From: Alphaproteobacteria bacterium
Lineage (GTDB): Bacteria; Pseudomonadota; Alphaproteobacteria; Bin95
Assembly: GCA_965205265.1 (NCBI GenBank)
Contig: CBDBGH010000003.1
Coordinates: 64,001-128,000, forward strand
DNA length: 64,000 bases
Direction: 5' to 3'
A program made the position numbers and the translations under genes. How positions within the stretch are numbered: the stretch's first letter is position 1; each line of letters starts with the position of its first letter. The notes beneath the pieces were generated by a model that saw nothing but the letters and a program-made list of their open reading frames with translations, made no database searches and was not told the origin of the DNA. This document shows positions 30,072 to 42,100 of this stretch, piece after piece.

Positions 30072-30787
30072 GCCGCCCGCCCGCCATCGTGCTGGTGCGC
30101 CCGCAACTCGGCGAAAATATCGGCATGGCGGCCCGCGCCATGCTGAATTGCGGGCTGGACGAACTCCGGATTGCGGCCCCGCGCGACGGCTGGCCGAGCC
30201 CGGCGGCGCAGGCGGCCGCGGCGGGCGCGGACGCCGTGATCGAGGGGGCGCAAGTCTTCGACACGGCGGCCGACGCCGTCGCCGACCTGCAACTCGTGCT
30301 GGCGGCGACGGCGCGGCGGCGCGATGTCGAAAAGCCCGTCCACGACCCCCGCGAGGCGGTGCGGCTGCTGCGCGAGTCCGGTGCGCGAACGGGTGTGCTG
30401 TTCGGCCCGGAGCGCGCCGGTCTCGACAATGACGAGGTGGGCCTCGCCGCCGGCATCGTCGAAGCGCCGCTCAACCCGAATTTCCCCTCGCTCAATCTCG
30501 CCCAGGCCGTGTTTCTGGTGGCGTGGGAATGGCGCATGGCCGGCCCGCCGCCTGTCCCGCCGCCGCCGAGCGAGCTTGCTTCGGCAGAGGCCTTCGAGGG
30601 CTTCTGGCAGCATCTGGACAGTGCACTCGACGATGCCGGCTATTACCGCGAGCCGAAGCTCAAGCCCACCGTGCAGCGAAACCTCCGCGCCCTCTTCGCC
30701 CGCGCCGGCCTCACCGGCCAGGAAGTCCGCACCCTGCGCGGCGTCGTCGCCCGGCTGGCGGCGGGAAGGCGGGGGAAGGGGCGGTGA
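30068..30787 (+). CDS. trmJ: TrmJ/LasT-family SPOUT RNA methyltransferase
   Basis: PQLGENIG, ATARRR, FGPERAGL, SLNLAQAV, EVRTLRG. Confidence 0.88.
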   Translation: MSRPPAIVLVRPQLGENIGMAARAMLNCGLDELRIAAPRDGWPSPAAQAAAAGADAVIEGAQVFDTAADAVADLQLVLAATARRRDVEKPVHDPREAVRLLRESGARTGVLFGPERAGLDNDEVGLAAGIVEAPLNPNFPSLNLAQAVFLVAWEWRMAGPPPVPPPPSELASAEAFEGFWQHLDSALDDAGYYREPKLKPTVQRNLRALFARAGLTGQEVRTLRGVVARLAAGRRGKGR

Positions 30788-30803
30788 CTGCTTGGTGTAC
30801 TCT

Positions 30804-31916
30804 TTAAGCGCTTGCTTTCTCCACAAATTGGAAACGGACCTTTAGGTCATTCATTTGATGATACTTGAGCAATTTGTCATGCTGGAGGCGGCCGACGACG
30901 ATTCCGGGGTGAATGCCAATACGTTCTGCAAATGCCATGATCGAAGCTTTCCTTGTCAGGCTGTAAAGTTCGGGTGTGTAGCGCTGCGGTATAAGCATAT
31001 CGCTTGCCCAAGCATCCGCCTCAGTCTCCGCTTCATCGATTTCGCCACTTCCCGAATCATCCAACCATACGACCTTTCCATCCTTTCTGTGCAGCAGGAT
31101 GTGGGCCGCTTCGTGGAAAAACGTGAACCAGAAGCGATCATTCGACTTGCCGTATAGCGACAACTGAATCAAGGGACGACCGGGTGCCAGCCACCGGGCT
31201 GCTCCACTAACTCGTGCCCGGGGTATAGCAGGCACCAATACGAAACCGACACCAGCTTGACTAAGTAATTTGCGGATGCGCGGCTCGAATACTTCCGGTA
31301 CCTCTGTTGTTAGCTGGCGAATTTCTTTCATGGCATCTAGGAACGCAGCCGGGTCGTAAGTCCGGTAGTGTAATTCCTCGGCTCGCCGCTCACCCAAGCG
31401 GAGCCAAACGGAAATGGCGCCTGCATCGCATTTCTGTACGCGGCTCTTACGAAAAGCGCCTTCCATGGCGAGACACTTGGCTTGCCATTCATCCGGTGAA
31501 GCAATCCCAAAGAATCGCAAGCAGTCTTCGACTAAGCTCGGTTTTGATTGGGAATCAATGCGGCGCTTCGAAATTGCGCCCGCATTCATTAGTTCCTTGA
31601 TTGGCAAGCTGTCGATCCACCAAACCCACTCCGCATAACAATTCGCTGCCTCCAAGCGAGCACAGCGAGCACGATATTGCGCTTCCCGCGTTAGCCAGAA
31701 GGCGACGCTGCTGCCCAAGACACGCTCAAGCCGGACAGCCGCGCCCTCAGTCACAGTGACTTTCCCTTTGATCATTTGGTTCACATGCTTGCGGCTGTAG
31801 CCAAGCCGGTCGGCCAGTTCAGCCTGCGTCCAGCCACGTTCCTCAATCAAGTCGAGGATAGTGTCCCCGGGCGGAGAGACCCAATCCGGTGCGAACGGAG
31901 CGTTCGTGTCAGTCAT
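30804..31916 (-). CDS. higA: HigA-type HTH antitoxin fused to ImmA/IrrE-like metallopeptidase domain
   Basis: SPPGDTI, WTQAELA HTH; FWFTFFHEAAH (HExxH); GIVVGRLQ; AT-richer than flanks. Confidence 0.88.
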   Translation of the reverse strand: MTDTNAPFAPDWVSPPGDTILDLIEERGWTQAELADRLGYSRKHVNQMIKGKVTVTEGAAVRLERVLGSSVAFWLTREAQYRARCARLEAANCYAEWVWWIDSLPIKELMNAGAISKRRIDSQSKPSLVEDCLRFFGIASPDEWQAKCLAMEGAFRKSRVQKCDAGAISVWLRLGERRAEELHYRTYDPAAFLDAMKEIRQLTTEVPEVFEPRIRKLLSQAGVGFVLVPAIPRARVSGAARWLAPGRPLIQLSLYGKSNDRFWFTFFHEAAHILLHRKDGKVVWLDDSGSGEIDEAETEADAWASDMLIPQRYTPELYSLTRKASIMAFAERIGIHPGIVVGRLQHDKLLKYHQMNDLKVRFQFVEKASA

Positions 31917-32238
31917 GGTAATCTCCTATCTCGTCGATCTGGATCGCAGTCACCTGAGACCAGTCGACGCTGCCGTCGTCATGGCGCGGCACCGAAACGC
32001 TGTCAGGCGAGAACACCAACCGATGACCGCGCGCAAGGTTCAGCGCAAATTGGCCTTCCCTGTCCCCTGTCAGCGGATGAGGATGCCCAGCCTGCAAGTC
32101 GGTCACGCAAGGTGCGGCCTCTATATCGCTCAAGCGTGCACGCAGCTTTCTGGCGCTATCCGGACCGAGACGACGTGTCGCCTGCTGTTCCTGCTCGCAG
32201 AGCTTTCGCAGCCGCCGGTTTCGGAAGCCGATGTGCAT
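31909..32238 (-). CDS. higB: HigB/RelE-like killer toxin
   Basis: LRKLCE, HPLTGDREGQFALNL, RLVF, IGDYHD; lies upstream of and overlaps the antitoxin. Confidence 0.88.
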   Translation of the reverse strand: MHIGFRNRRLRKLCEQEQQATRRLGPDSARKLRARLSDIEAAPCVTDLQAGHPHPLTGDREGQFALNLARGHRLVFSPDSVSVPRHDDGSVDWSQVTAIQIDEIGDYHD

Positions 32239-32247
32239 GAGGACAAA

Positions 32248-32276
32248 ATGTTAAAGCAATTTACCAAACTGGTAAA
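32248..32276 (-). promoter_or_regulatory. higBA promoter TTTACC-N17-TAACAT with operator palindrome TTTACCA-AAC-TGGTAAA
   Basis: Palindrome 32260-32276 overlaps the -35; no SD before the ATG, so the mRNA is probably near-leaderless. Confidence 0.7.
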
Positions 32277-32309
32277 CCATAGAATTCGGCTTAAGCCATT
32301 TTCCGCCCC

Positions 32310-33224
32310 TCACTCCAGCCCCATCAGGCTGCGGGCGAAGTCTCGGGGGGCGAAGGGGCGGAGGTCTTCTTTGCCTTCGCCGACGCCGACGGCGTGGACC
32401 GGCAGGCCGACGGTTTCCGCCAGCGCGACCACAACGCCGCCCCTGGCCGAGCCGTCGAGCTTGGTCACGACCAACCCGGTCACCTCCGCCATGTCGCGGA
32501 AGGCGCGGACCTGTTGCAGCGCGTTCTGGCCCGTGGTGGCGTCCAAGGTCAGCACGGTGTCGTGCGGCGCGTCCGCGTCCTGCTTGGCGATCACGCGGGC
32601 GATCTTGCGCAACTCGTCCATAAGGTTGGCCTTGTTGTGCAGCCGCCCGGCCGTGTCGATCAGCAATATGTCGATGCCGTCCCGGATCGCCTGCGCGTGG
32701 GCGTCGAAGACAAGGCCGGCGGCGTCCGCCCCGGTCGGCCTCGCGACGACGGGGGCGCCGACCCGCTCGCCCCACAGCTGCAATTGCTCCACCGCCGCCG
32801 CGCGGAAGGTGTCGCCCGCCGCCAGCAGCACGGAGCGGCCCTCGGCGCGGAAGGCGTGGGCGAGCTTGCCGATCGTCGTCGTCTTGCCGGTGCCGTTCAC
32901 GCCCACCACCAGGATGACATGCGGCTTGCGGGCCGGATCGGCGACGAGCGGGCGGGCCACCGGCTCCAGCAGGCCGGCGATCTCGTCCGCCAGCACGTCG
33001 CGCACTTCCTCGCCCGACACCTCCTTGCCGAAGCGCGTGCGGGCGAGGCCCGACGCCAGGCGCGCGGCGGTCGCTGGCCCGAGGTCCGCCGTGATGAGCA
33101 GGTCCTCCAGCTCCTCCAGCGCCTCGCCGTCCAGGCGGCGCCGGTTGAAGATGCCCGCAATCCCGTCCGCGAGGCGGTCGGAGGATCGCGACAGCCCCTG
33201 CCTCAGCCGCTGGAGCCAGCTCAC
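32310..33224 (-). CDS. ftsY: Signal recognition particle receptor FtsY (NG domain only), GTG start
   Basis: GVNGTGKTTT, AAGDTFRAAA, DTAGRL, DATTGQN, TKLDG. Confidence 0.96.
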   Translation of the reverse strand: MSWLQRLRQGLSRSSDRLADGIAGIFNRRRLDGEALEELEDLLITADLGPATAARLASGLARTRFGKEVSGEEVRDVLADEIAGLLEPVARPLVADPARKPHVILVVGVNGTGKTTTIGKLAHAFRAEGRSVLLAAGDTFRAAAVEQLQLWGERVGAPVVARPTGADAAGLVFDAHAQAIRDGIDILLIDTAGRLHNKANLMDELRKIARVIAKQDADAPHDTVLTLDATTGQNALQQVRAFRDMAEVTGLVVTKLDGSARGGVVVALAETVGLPVHAVGVGEGKEDLRPFAPRDFARSLMGLE

Positions 33225-34465
33225 GCCGCGAGCACCTCCGCGACCAGCCGCCCGGCCTCGGCCCGGCGGACCCGCGCGCGCCGGACCGAGCCGGGGAGGG
33301 CCAGCCCTTCCAGACGGGCCAGCGCGAACTGCTCCGTGCGTCCGACGCCCTCGCGCTCCACAGCGACGCGCTCGGTCAGCCCGACCCGGCTTGCGAGGAA
33401 GCGCCCGGCCGCGGCCTCGCCTGCGGCGCGGAGACGACAGGCGCGCTCCTTGCGGACCGGCGCGGCCACCTGCGGCATCCGCGCCGCAGGCGTGCCCCGG
33501 CGCGGCGAATAGGGAAAGACGTGCAGCCAGGTGAGCGGGCAGGCCTCCACCAGTTCTAGGCTGCGGGCGAACATCGCCTCGGTCTCGGTCGGGAAGCCGG
33601 CGATCAGGTCCGCGCCGAAGGCGATTTCCGGACGCAGCGTCCGGAGCCGCCCGCAAAGCGATATGACATCGGCAGCCAGATGCCGTCGCTTCATGCGCTT
33701 CAGCACCATGTCGTCGCCCGCCTGCACGGAGAGGTGCAGATGCGGCATCAGCCGGGGCTCCTCCGCCAGCAGCCGGAAGAGCTCATCGTCGATGGCGGCG
33801 GGATCGACGGAGGAGAGCCGGAGCCGCTTCAGTTCCGGGACCTGCGCCAGCAACCGCCGGACCGCCTGCCCCAGCCGGGGCGCGCCCGGCAGGTCCGCGC
33901 CCCACGACGCGATGTCAACGCCGGTCAGCACGATCTCGGCCGCGCCCGCCTCCAGCAGCCGACGGGTCTGCGCGGCGATCTCGCCGAGCGGCACGCTGCG
34001 GCTCGGGCCCCGCCCGTAAGGAATTATGCAGAAGGTGCAGCGATGGTCGCAGCCCTGCTGCACCTGGACGAAGGCCCGCGCCCGGCCGCCGAAGCCGTCC
34101 AGCAGATGCGGGGCGGTCTCCCGCACGCTCATGATGTCGTCCACCAGCGCCGGCGGCGCATCCGGCTTCCACGCCCCGGCGGTCAGCTTCTCGGCATTGC
34201 CGACGACCCGGTCCACCTCCTCCATGGCGAGCCAGCGTTCCGGCGCGATCTGGGCGGCGCAGCCCGTGACCACGATCTCGGCCTCAGGGCGCTCGCGTCG
34301 GGCCTTGCGGATCGCCTGCCGCGCCTGCCGCTCGGCTTCGGCCGTCACCGCGCAGGTGTTGAAGACCAGGGCGTCCTCGAGGCCGGCCTCGGCCGTCAGC
34401 CGGCGCATCGCCTCCGATTCCCAGGCATTGAGGCGGCAGCCGAAGGTGACGATCCCGGCGGTCAC
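33221..34465 (-). CDS. mtaB: tRNA t6A37 methylthiotransferase
   Basis: TFGCRLN, NTCAVT, TGCAAQ, CDHRCTFC radical SAM motif; dapF-mtaB-ftsY synteny. Confidence 0.93.
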   Translation of the reverse strand: MTAGIVTFGCRLNAWESEAMRRLTAEAGLEDALVFNTCAVTAEAERQARQAIRKARRERPEAEIVVTGCAAQIAPERWLAMEEVDRVVGNAEKLTAGAWKPDAPPALVDDIMSVRETAPHLLDGFGGRARAFVQVQQGCDHRCTFCIIPYGRGPSRSVPLGEIAAQTRRLLEAGAAEIVLTGVDIASWGADLPGAPRLGQAVRRLLAQVPELKRLRLSSVDPAAIDDELFRLLAEEPRLMPHLHLSVQAGDDMVLKRMKRRHLAADVISLCGRLRTLRPEIAFGADLIAGFPTETEAMFARSLELVEACPLTWLHVFPYSPRRGTPAARMPQVAAPVRKERACRLRAAGEAAAGRFLASRVGLTERVAVEREGVGRTEQFALARLEGLALPGSVRRARVRRAEAGRLVAEVLAA

Positions 34466-35301
34466 GGCCCCGCCTCCGGCACATGCGCCTCCAGCTCCCC
34501 CCGAAAGCTCACTGCGGCCGGCCCGGTCATAAGCAGATGGCCGTCGCTTTCGCGCCACTCGATGCCGAGCGTGCCGCCGTCGAGCCGCACGTCGATCCGG
34601 CGCTCGCCGAGGCCCCGCCGGACGGCGGCCGCGACTGCCGCACAAGCGCCGGTGCCGCAGGCGCGGGTGATGCCGACGCTGCGCTCCCAGACCCGAAGCC
34701 GCATCGCGTCGCGGCCCTGCATCTCGGCCACGCCCACATTGGCGCGCTCCGGGAAGAGGGCATGATGCTCGACCTCCGGTCCCCAGCGTTCCAGGTCCAC
34801 CGCCCCTGCGTCTTCCACGAAGAAGGTGGCGTGCGGATTGCCGACATTGGTGGCCGTCGGCCCCGCCAGCGGGCCGCAGTTCAGGTCGAGGCGGAGCGTG
34901 TCCGCCGGGCCGGCCAGCGGAATCTCGTCCCAGGCAAGCCGCGCCGGCCCCATGTCCACCCGCACCGCTTCGCCGGGGCCGCGCGCGGCCCGGAGCGTCC
35001 CCGCGACAGTCTCGACCGACGCTTCGTCCCGCCCGCGCTCGTCGAACAGGAGCGCCGCCACGCAGCGCGTGCCGTTGCCGCAGGCCTCGACCTCGCCGCC
35101 GTCGGCATTGCGGATTTCCATGAACACATCGCCATCGTGCATGGGCGGGCGCAGCACCATGAACTGGTCGCAGCCGATGCCGGTGCGCCGGTCCGCCACG
35201 CGGCGGTAGCCCGCCTCGGACCAGTCGAGCGGGCGGGCGCGCGCATCCAGCACGACGAAATCGTTGCCGAGTCCGTGCATCTTGACGAAGGGAATGCCCA
35301 T
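34462..35301 (-). CDS. dapF: Diaminopimelate epimerase
   Basis: KMHGLGNDF, CGNGTRC, GNPH, VWER, ACGTGACA. Confidence 0.96.
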   Translation of the reverse strand: MGIPFVKMHGLGNDFVVLDARARPLDWSEAGYRRVADRRTGIGCDQFMVLRPPMHDGDVFMEIRNADGGEVEACGNGTRCVAALLFDERGRDEASVETVAGTLRAARGPGEAVRVDMGPARLAWDEIPLAGPADTLRLDLNCGPLAGPTATNVGNPHATFFVEDAGAVDLERWGPEVEHHALFPERANVGVAEMQGRDAMRLRVWERSVGITRACGTGACAAVAAAVRRGLGERRIDVRLDGGTLGIEWRESDGHLLMTGPAAVSFRGELEAHVPEAGP

Positions 35302-35463
35302 GGCCTGCCCGCGACCTCCGAACGCCGCTCCCGGCAGCGGCGGGACCCTATCTAGGTCCGAAGCCCGCCCCGCGCAATGGCGGGAACCGCCCGGATTGCC
35401 CGATATGCAGGGTGCATGTATATTTTTGATGTCAATGAAGACGCAGCATCGAAGGCGGTATGG

Positions 35464-35700
35464 ATGGCGCAACTCACGGTTAGGAAGCTGAGTAAGGAAG
35501 TCGTTGGCGCGCTGAGGCGGCGCGCGGCGGCTAACGGACGGTCCGCCGAAGCCGAGCATCGCGCAATCCTGCGTGAAACGCTGCTTGGAACGGAAGAAGA
35601 GTTTGCCACGCGCGCAGCTGCGTTGCGGCGGAGGCTTCGCTCCTCGGTGGATAGCACAGCCGTAATACGAGAGGACCGGGACCGGGAAAGCACAGCGTGA
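35464..35700 (+). CDS. FitA-like ribbon-helix-helix antitoxin
   Basis: MAQLTVRKL...LRRRAAANGRSAEAEHRAIL...DSTAVIREDRD; GTGA overlap with the toxin. Confidence 0.88.
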   Translation: MAQLTVRKLSKEVVGALRRRAAANGRSAEAEHRAILRETLLGTEEEFATRAAALRRRLRSSVDSTAVIREDRDRESTA

Positions 35701-36137
35701 CCGGATATGTCGTCGATGCCAGCGTCGCGGTGAAATGGCTGGTCGAGGAAGTGCTTTCGGACGCGGCCGCCACTCTTCTGGACGATGACTCGGCCCTTGT
35801 CGCGCCGCCTCTCCTGTTCGCCGAGGCCGCCAATGCGCTCTGGGCCATGCGCCGGCGTGGAGATATCGCGGCAGCCGACCTTGCGGAGGCGGTGGAGACC
35901 TTGAGGGCAGCGCCGGTTTCGATACCGGTGTCGATGTCCGACCTCACGTCGGCAGCGACACGCTTGGCGAGCGATCTCGACCATCCGGTTTACGACTGTT
36001 TCTACCTCGCGCTCGCGGTTCATACGCAATATCCGGTCGTGACCGCCGATACGCGCTTCCACGACAAGGTGCGCCGTCACCCCTATCTTTCGGATCGTAT
36101 CCTGCATCTGGCCGACTTGTCGGCGGAGGAAGCGTAG
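35697..36137 (+). CDS. vapC: PIN-domain VapC toxin
   Basis: VVDASVAVKW, EAAN, YDCFYLALA, VTAD. Confidence 0.9.
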   Translation: MTGYVVDASVAVKWLVEEVLSDAAATLLDDDSALVAPPLLFAEAANALWAMRRRGDIAAADLAEAVETLRAAPVSIPVSMSDLTSAATRLASDLDHPVYDCFYLALAVHTQYPVVTADTRFHDKVRRHPYLSDRILHLADLSAEEA

Positions 36138-36252
36138 CAGCGGGTCCGGGAAGCGGAAGGCTGCCTTGACGGGTCCGCAGCCGGCTCATACGACTCTTCG
36201 GGACGGACAGGCCCCCGGCCAGACAGTGTGCAAGACACAGGGAGTTGGATCG

Positions 36253-36582
36253 ATGGCAGACCCCGACGCGAGGCCCTATGTCATCGAGCGCCGCGAGACG
36301 GTGGCCGAGACCGACACGCTGCGCGTCGGCATACTGACGCTCGCGGAGGGACAGGAGGTGCCCTGGCACTACCACAGCGAGATCGAGGACACCTTCTACT
36401 GCCTCGAAGGCACGCTCTCGGTGGAAACCCGTGCGCCCAGGGCGCAGCACCTGCTGGCGGTCGGCGAAAGCTGCGCCGTGCCGAAAATGACCGCGCACCG
36501 CGTCACCGGGAAGGACGGCGCCCGCGCCCGCTTCCTGATCGTGCAGGGCGTAGGCGCCTACGACTTCTGTCCCGTCGGCTGA
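36253..36582 (+). CDS. Small cupin-domain protein
   Basis: PWHYHSEIED, AHRV, QGVGAYDF. Confidence 0.8.
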   Translation: MADPDARPYVIERRETVAETDTLRVGILTLAEGQEVPWHYHSEIEDTFYCLEGTLSVETRAPRAQHLLAVGESCAVPKMTAHRVTGKDGARARFLIVQGVGAYDFCPVG

Positions 36583-36715
36583 GCATCGGTTCGCTGGAAC
36601 TCCGCTTCGGGCTGCGGCGGCAGGCGCCCTAGGGTGACGGCAGCCGTCGAACCGATGCAGAATGGCCGCAACCGAACGGGGAGGCGGCGGTATCGCCGCG
36701 ATCTGGGGGAAGCGC

Positions 36716-37498
36716 ATGGACTATGAAGGCCGGACCGTCATCGTGACGGGCGCAGGCACCGGCGTGGGGGCGGCTGCTGCGCAGCGCCTCGCCAAAGGCG
36801 GCGCGAATGTCATCGTCAACTACGCCCGCAGCCGGGACGAGGCGGAGGCCGTGGCCACCGCCTGCCGGGAAGCAGGCGGCGACGCCGCGGCGGTGCAGGG
36901 CGATGTGGCGGATGACGACGACTGCAAGCGCCTTGCCGGAGAGGCCGTTGCGCGCTGGGGCCGGATCGACGGGCTCATCAACAGCGCCGGCACGACGGTA
37001 TTCAGGCCCGGTAACGACTTCGAGACGCTCTCGCAGGAGGACTTCCAGCGCATCTACAGCGTGAATGTCGTCGGCGCCTTCCTGATGACGCGCGCCGTTG
37101 CGGCGCAGATGAAGGCCCAGGGCAGCGGCAGCGTCGTCAACATATCGTCCATCGCGGGCGTGATGGGCGTCGGCAGCTCCATCGCCTATGCCGCGTCCAA
37201 GGGCGCGCTGAATACGCTGACGCTCTCGCTGGCGCGCGCTCTCGCTCCGGAAATCCGGGTCAACACGGTGGCGCCCGGCTTCATCACCGGCCGCTGGTGG
37301 CGGGAGAAGATGGGCGAGGGCTACGACAAGATGGTCGCCAGCACCGAGGCGGCAACGCCGCTCAAGCGCGCCGGCACGCCGGAGGACATGGCGGCGGCCG
37401 CCGTCTGGCTGCTCTGCGGCGACATCAACGTCACCGGCGAGATCCTGATCTCGGACGCCGGCATGCATCTCGGCGCAGCGCCCCTCAAGGCGCGTTGA
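36716..37498 (+). CDS. Short-chain dehydrogenase/reductase
   Basis: TGAGTGVG, NSAG, NISS, YAASK, VAPG. Confidence 0.92.
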   Translation: MDYEGRTVIVTGAGTGVGAAAAQRLAKGGANVIVNYARSRDEAEAVATACREAGGDAAAVQGDVADDDDCKRLAGEAVARWGRIDGLINSAGTTVFRPGNDFETLSQEDFQRIYSVNVVGAFLMTRAVAAQMKAQGSGSVVNISSIAGVMGVGSSIAYAASKGALNTLTLSLARALAPEIRVNTVAPGFITGRWWREKMGEGYDKMVASTEAATPLKRAGTPEDMAAAAVWLLCGDINVTGEILISDAGMHLGAAPLKAR

Positions 37499-37516
37499 GT
37501 CTCCGGACCGCGAGGG

Positions 37517-39025
<1,509 letters not shown>

Positions 39026-39132
39026 CGTTCGGTCCTCTCCGGAAAACGGGGATGGCGGCGGGCTTGCCTGCGGCCGCCAACCCGATTTTCCTCCATTGCC
39101 GCAACGGGGTGCAAGCCCGTCGTCCCGGCCGC

Positions 39133-42100
39133 TCACCAGGTGTCGATGAAGGCGTATTTCTTGCCCTCGCGCGGCGGCGCGGGCGGCAGGCGCTTCAGGC
39201 TGTTCGCGATCCAGCGCCGCGTCTCCGCCGGGTCGATCACGTCGTCGAGCCCGCCGCCGGCCGCGGCGTTGACGGCACGGGCGCGCTCATAGGCGTCCGC
39301 GACCCGGCGGTCGAACTCGGCCTTGCGCTCTTCCGCGCTTTCGAGGGCCGCCAGGACGGGCCGGAAGCCCAGTTTCACCGCGCCCTCGATGTTCATGCCG
39401 GCGAACTCCGCCGTCGGCCACGCCACCATGCAGAAGCTCACCAGCGCGCTCGCTCCGCACATGGCCTGCACGCCGAGCCCGTAGGCCTTGCGGACGATGA
39501 CGCCGAACATCGGCACGCTGAGATTGGCCCCGGTGTTGAACAGCCGCGTGCAATGGCGGACCAGTGCCGTGCGCTCTTGGTCGGGACCGACCATGATGCC
39601 GGGGCAGTCCATCAGGCTCAGCACCGGAATGTCGAAGGCGTCGCAAAGCTGCAGGAAGCGCGCGCCCTTGTCCGCGCCGTCAGAGTCCACCGCCCCCGCC
39701 AGGTGGTGCGGATTGTTGGCGATGACGCCCATCGGGCGGCCTTCGATGCGGATGAGGCAGGTGATGATGCCGATGCCGAACTTCTCGCGCAGCTCCAGAA
39801 CGGAGTCCTTGTCCGCAAGCGTGCGGACGATCTCCCGCATGTCGTAGAGGCGCACCCGGTTCTCCGGCACCGCGTGGCGCAGCATGCGCTGGTCGCCGCC
39901 CTCCTCCCAGCGGTCTATGGGCCCCTGGAAATAGGAGAGGTAGCGCTTGGCGACATCGACCGCTTCGTCCTCGTCCTCGACCAGGATATCGACCACGCCG
40001 TTCGGCACCTGGAATTCCATGGGCCCCACTTCTTCGGGCGTATAGACGCCGAGGCCGCCGCCTTCGATCATGGCGGGGCCGCCCATGGCGATGGTGGAAC
40101 TCTTCGTGGCGATGATGACATCGCAGCAGGCGAGCAGCGCGGTGTTGCCGGCGAAGCAGCGGCCGTTGTTGATGCCTACCAGCGGCACGAGGCCGCTGAG
40201 GCGCGAGAAGGTGGTGAAGGTGTCGGTGTCGAAGGCGACGCGCGGGCCGGTATTGTCGTCGCCGGGCCGCCCGCCGCCGCCCTCGGAGAACAGGACCACC
40301 GGCAGGCGGAAGCGCTGCGCCAGTTCGAACATCCGGTCCTGCTTGTAGTGGTTGCGCCGCCCCTGCGTGCCCGCGAGCACGGTGTAGTCGTAATGCACGA
40401 CGACGGCCCGCGAGCGGGTGTCGTCGAAGTCGGCGCCGTTGACCGAGGCCGTTCCCGCAACCACGCCGTCGGCGGGATATTTCCGCCTCAGCGTTTCGAT
40501 GTCGTAGCGCTGGTGCTGGAGCGCCGTCAGCAGCGGCCAGTATTCCTGGAAGGAGCCGGGATCGACCAGCCGGTCGATATTCTCGCGCGGCATCCGGTAG
40601 CCCATCCCGTGCCGCCGGGCGACCGCCTCCGGGCGGTTCTCGTCCAGCGTGTGGGCGTGGCGCCCGACAACCTCCTCGAGGTCCGGACGGATGAAGTCCG
40701 GATCGACTTCCCGGCCGCCCTCGGCGAAATCGCCCTCGACCTCCGCCGGCTCGATGAAGGCGATGGGCCAGCCTTCGCGCACCACGTCGCCCTCGTTCAT
40801 CGTCACCCGGCGCACGATCCCGGCCCGTCCGGCCCGGATTTCGTGCTCCATCTTCATCGCCTCGACCACCGCGACCGGCTGGCCGGCAAGAACCCGGTCC
40901 CCCTCCGCGACCAGCAGCGAGACGATGGTGCCCTGGATGGGCGACGCCACGCCGGCGAGGCCCTCCGGCTCGGGCGGCCGCGGCCGGTTTCGCCCGGCCT
41001 CGGCGGCCTTGACCGCGCGGTCGTGGTCGAAGAGAGCCAGCGGGTCCGTGCTGTCCACCCGCGCGCCGGCGAAGCCGTCCTCTCCGTTCGCCGGCGCCGC
41101 GCCTGGCGCGAAGCGGGGCCGCAGTCCTTCCGGCGGGGCGGCGAGCGCGGCGGCGCTCTCCTCCACCCAGCGGGTATGGGTGCGCCCGGCGGCGAAGTCC
41201 TCATGCGCCAGCACATTCAGGAGGAAGGGGATATTGGTGCCGACGCCCTCGATGCGGAACTCGGCGAGCGCGCGCCGGGTCCGCGCCGCCGCGTCTGCAA
41301 AAGCGGAGGAGGGCGCATGGCAGATCACCTTGGCGAGCAAGGAGTCGAAGGCAGTGCTGGTGCGGTAGCCGGCATAGCCGAAACCGTCCACCCGCACGCC
41401 CGGTCCGCTCGGCGCCTCATAGGCCTCGATCAGCCCGGCTTCGGGACGCACGGAGCCGTCCCCAGCCACGGTCTCCATATTGATCCGCGCCTGGATCGCA
41501 TGGCCGCGCGGCCGGACGGCGGCCGGGTCGTCGAGGCCGAGCTCGGCGAGCATGGCGCCGCCGGCCAGCCGGAACTGCGTCTCCACCAGATCGACCCCCG
41601 TCACGGCCTCCGTCACCGTGTGTTCGACCTGCAGCCGGGCATTGGCCTCGATGAAGAAGAATCCCGTTCCTTCGGGGCGTTCGCCGGCGTCCACCAGGAA
41701 TTCGAAGGTCCCGAGATTGACATAGCCGACCGACCGGGCGAGCCGCACCGCGGCTTCGGCCATCTCGCGGCGCAGGTCCGGGTCGAGGCCGGGCGCGGGC
41801 GCGGTCTCGACGATTTTCTGGTAGCGGCGCTGGACGCTGCATTCGCGCTCGCCCAGATGCACGGCATGGCCTGTCCGGTCGCCGAGCACCTGGACCTCGA
41901 TATGCCGGGCGCGGGGGATGAACGCCTCGACATAGACATCGCCGCAGCCGAAGGCGGCCTCCGCTTCCGAACGGCAGCGCGCCCAGGCCGGCTCGACTTC
42001 GCTTGCGTCGAACACGGCGCGCGCGCCCCGCCCGCCGCCGCCGGCAAGCGCCTTTATCATCATGGCGCGGCCGGGCCCGAGCGTGTCGAAGAAGGCCTGC

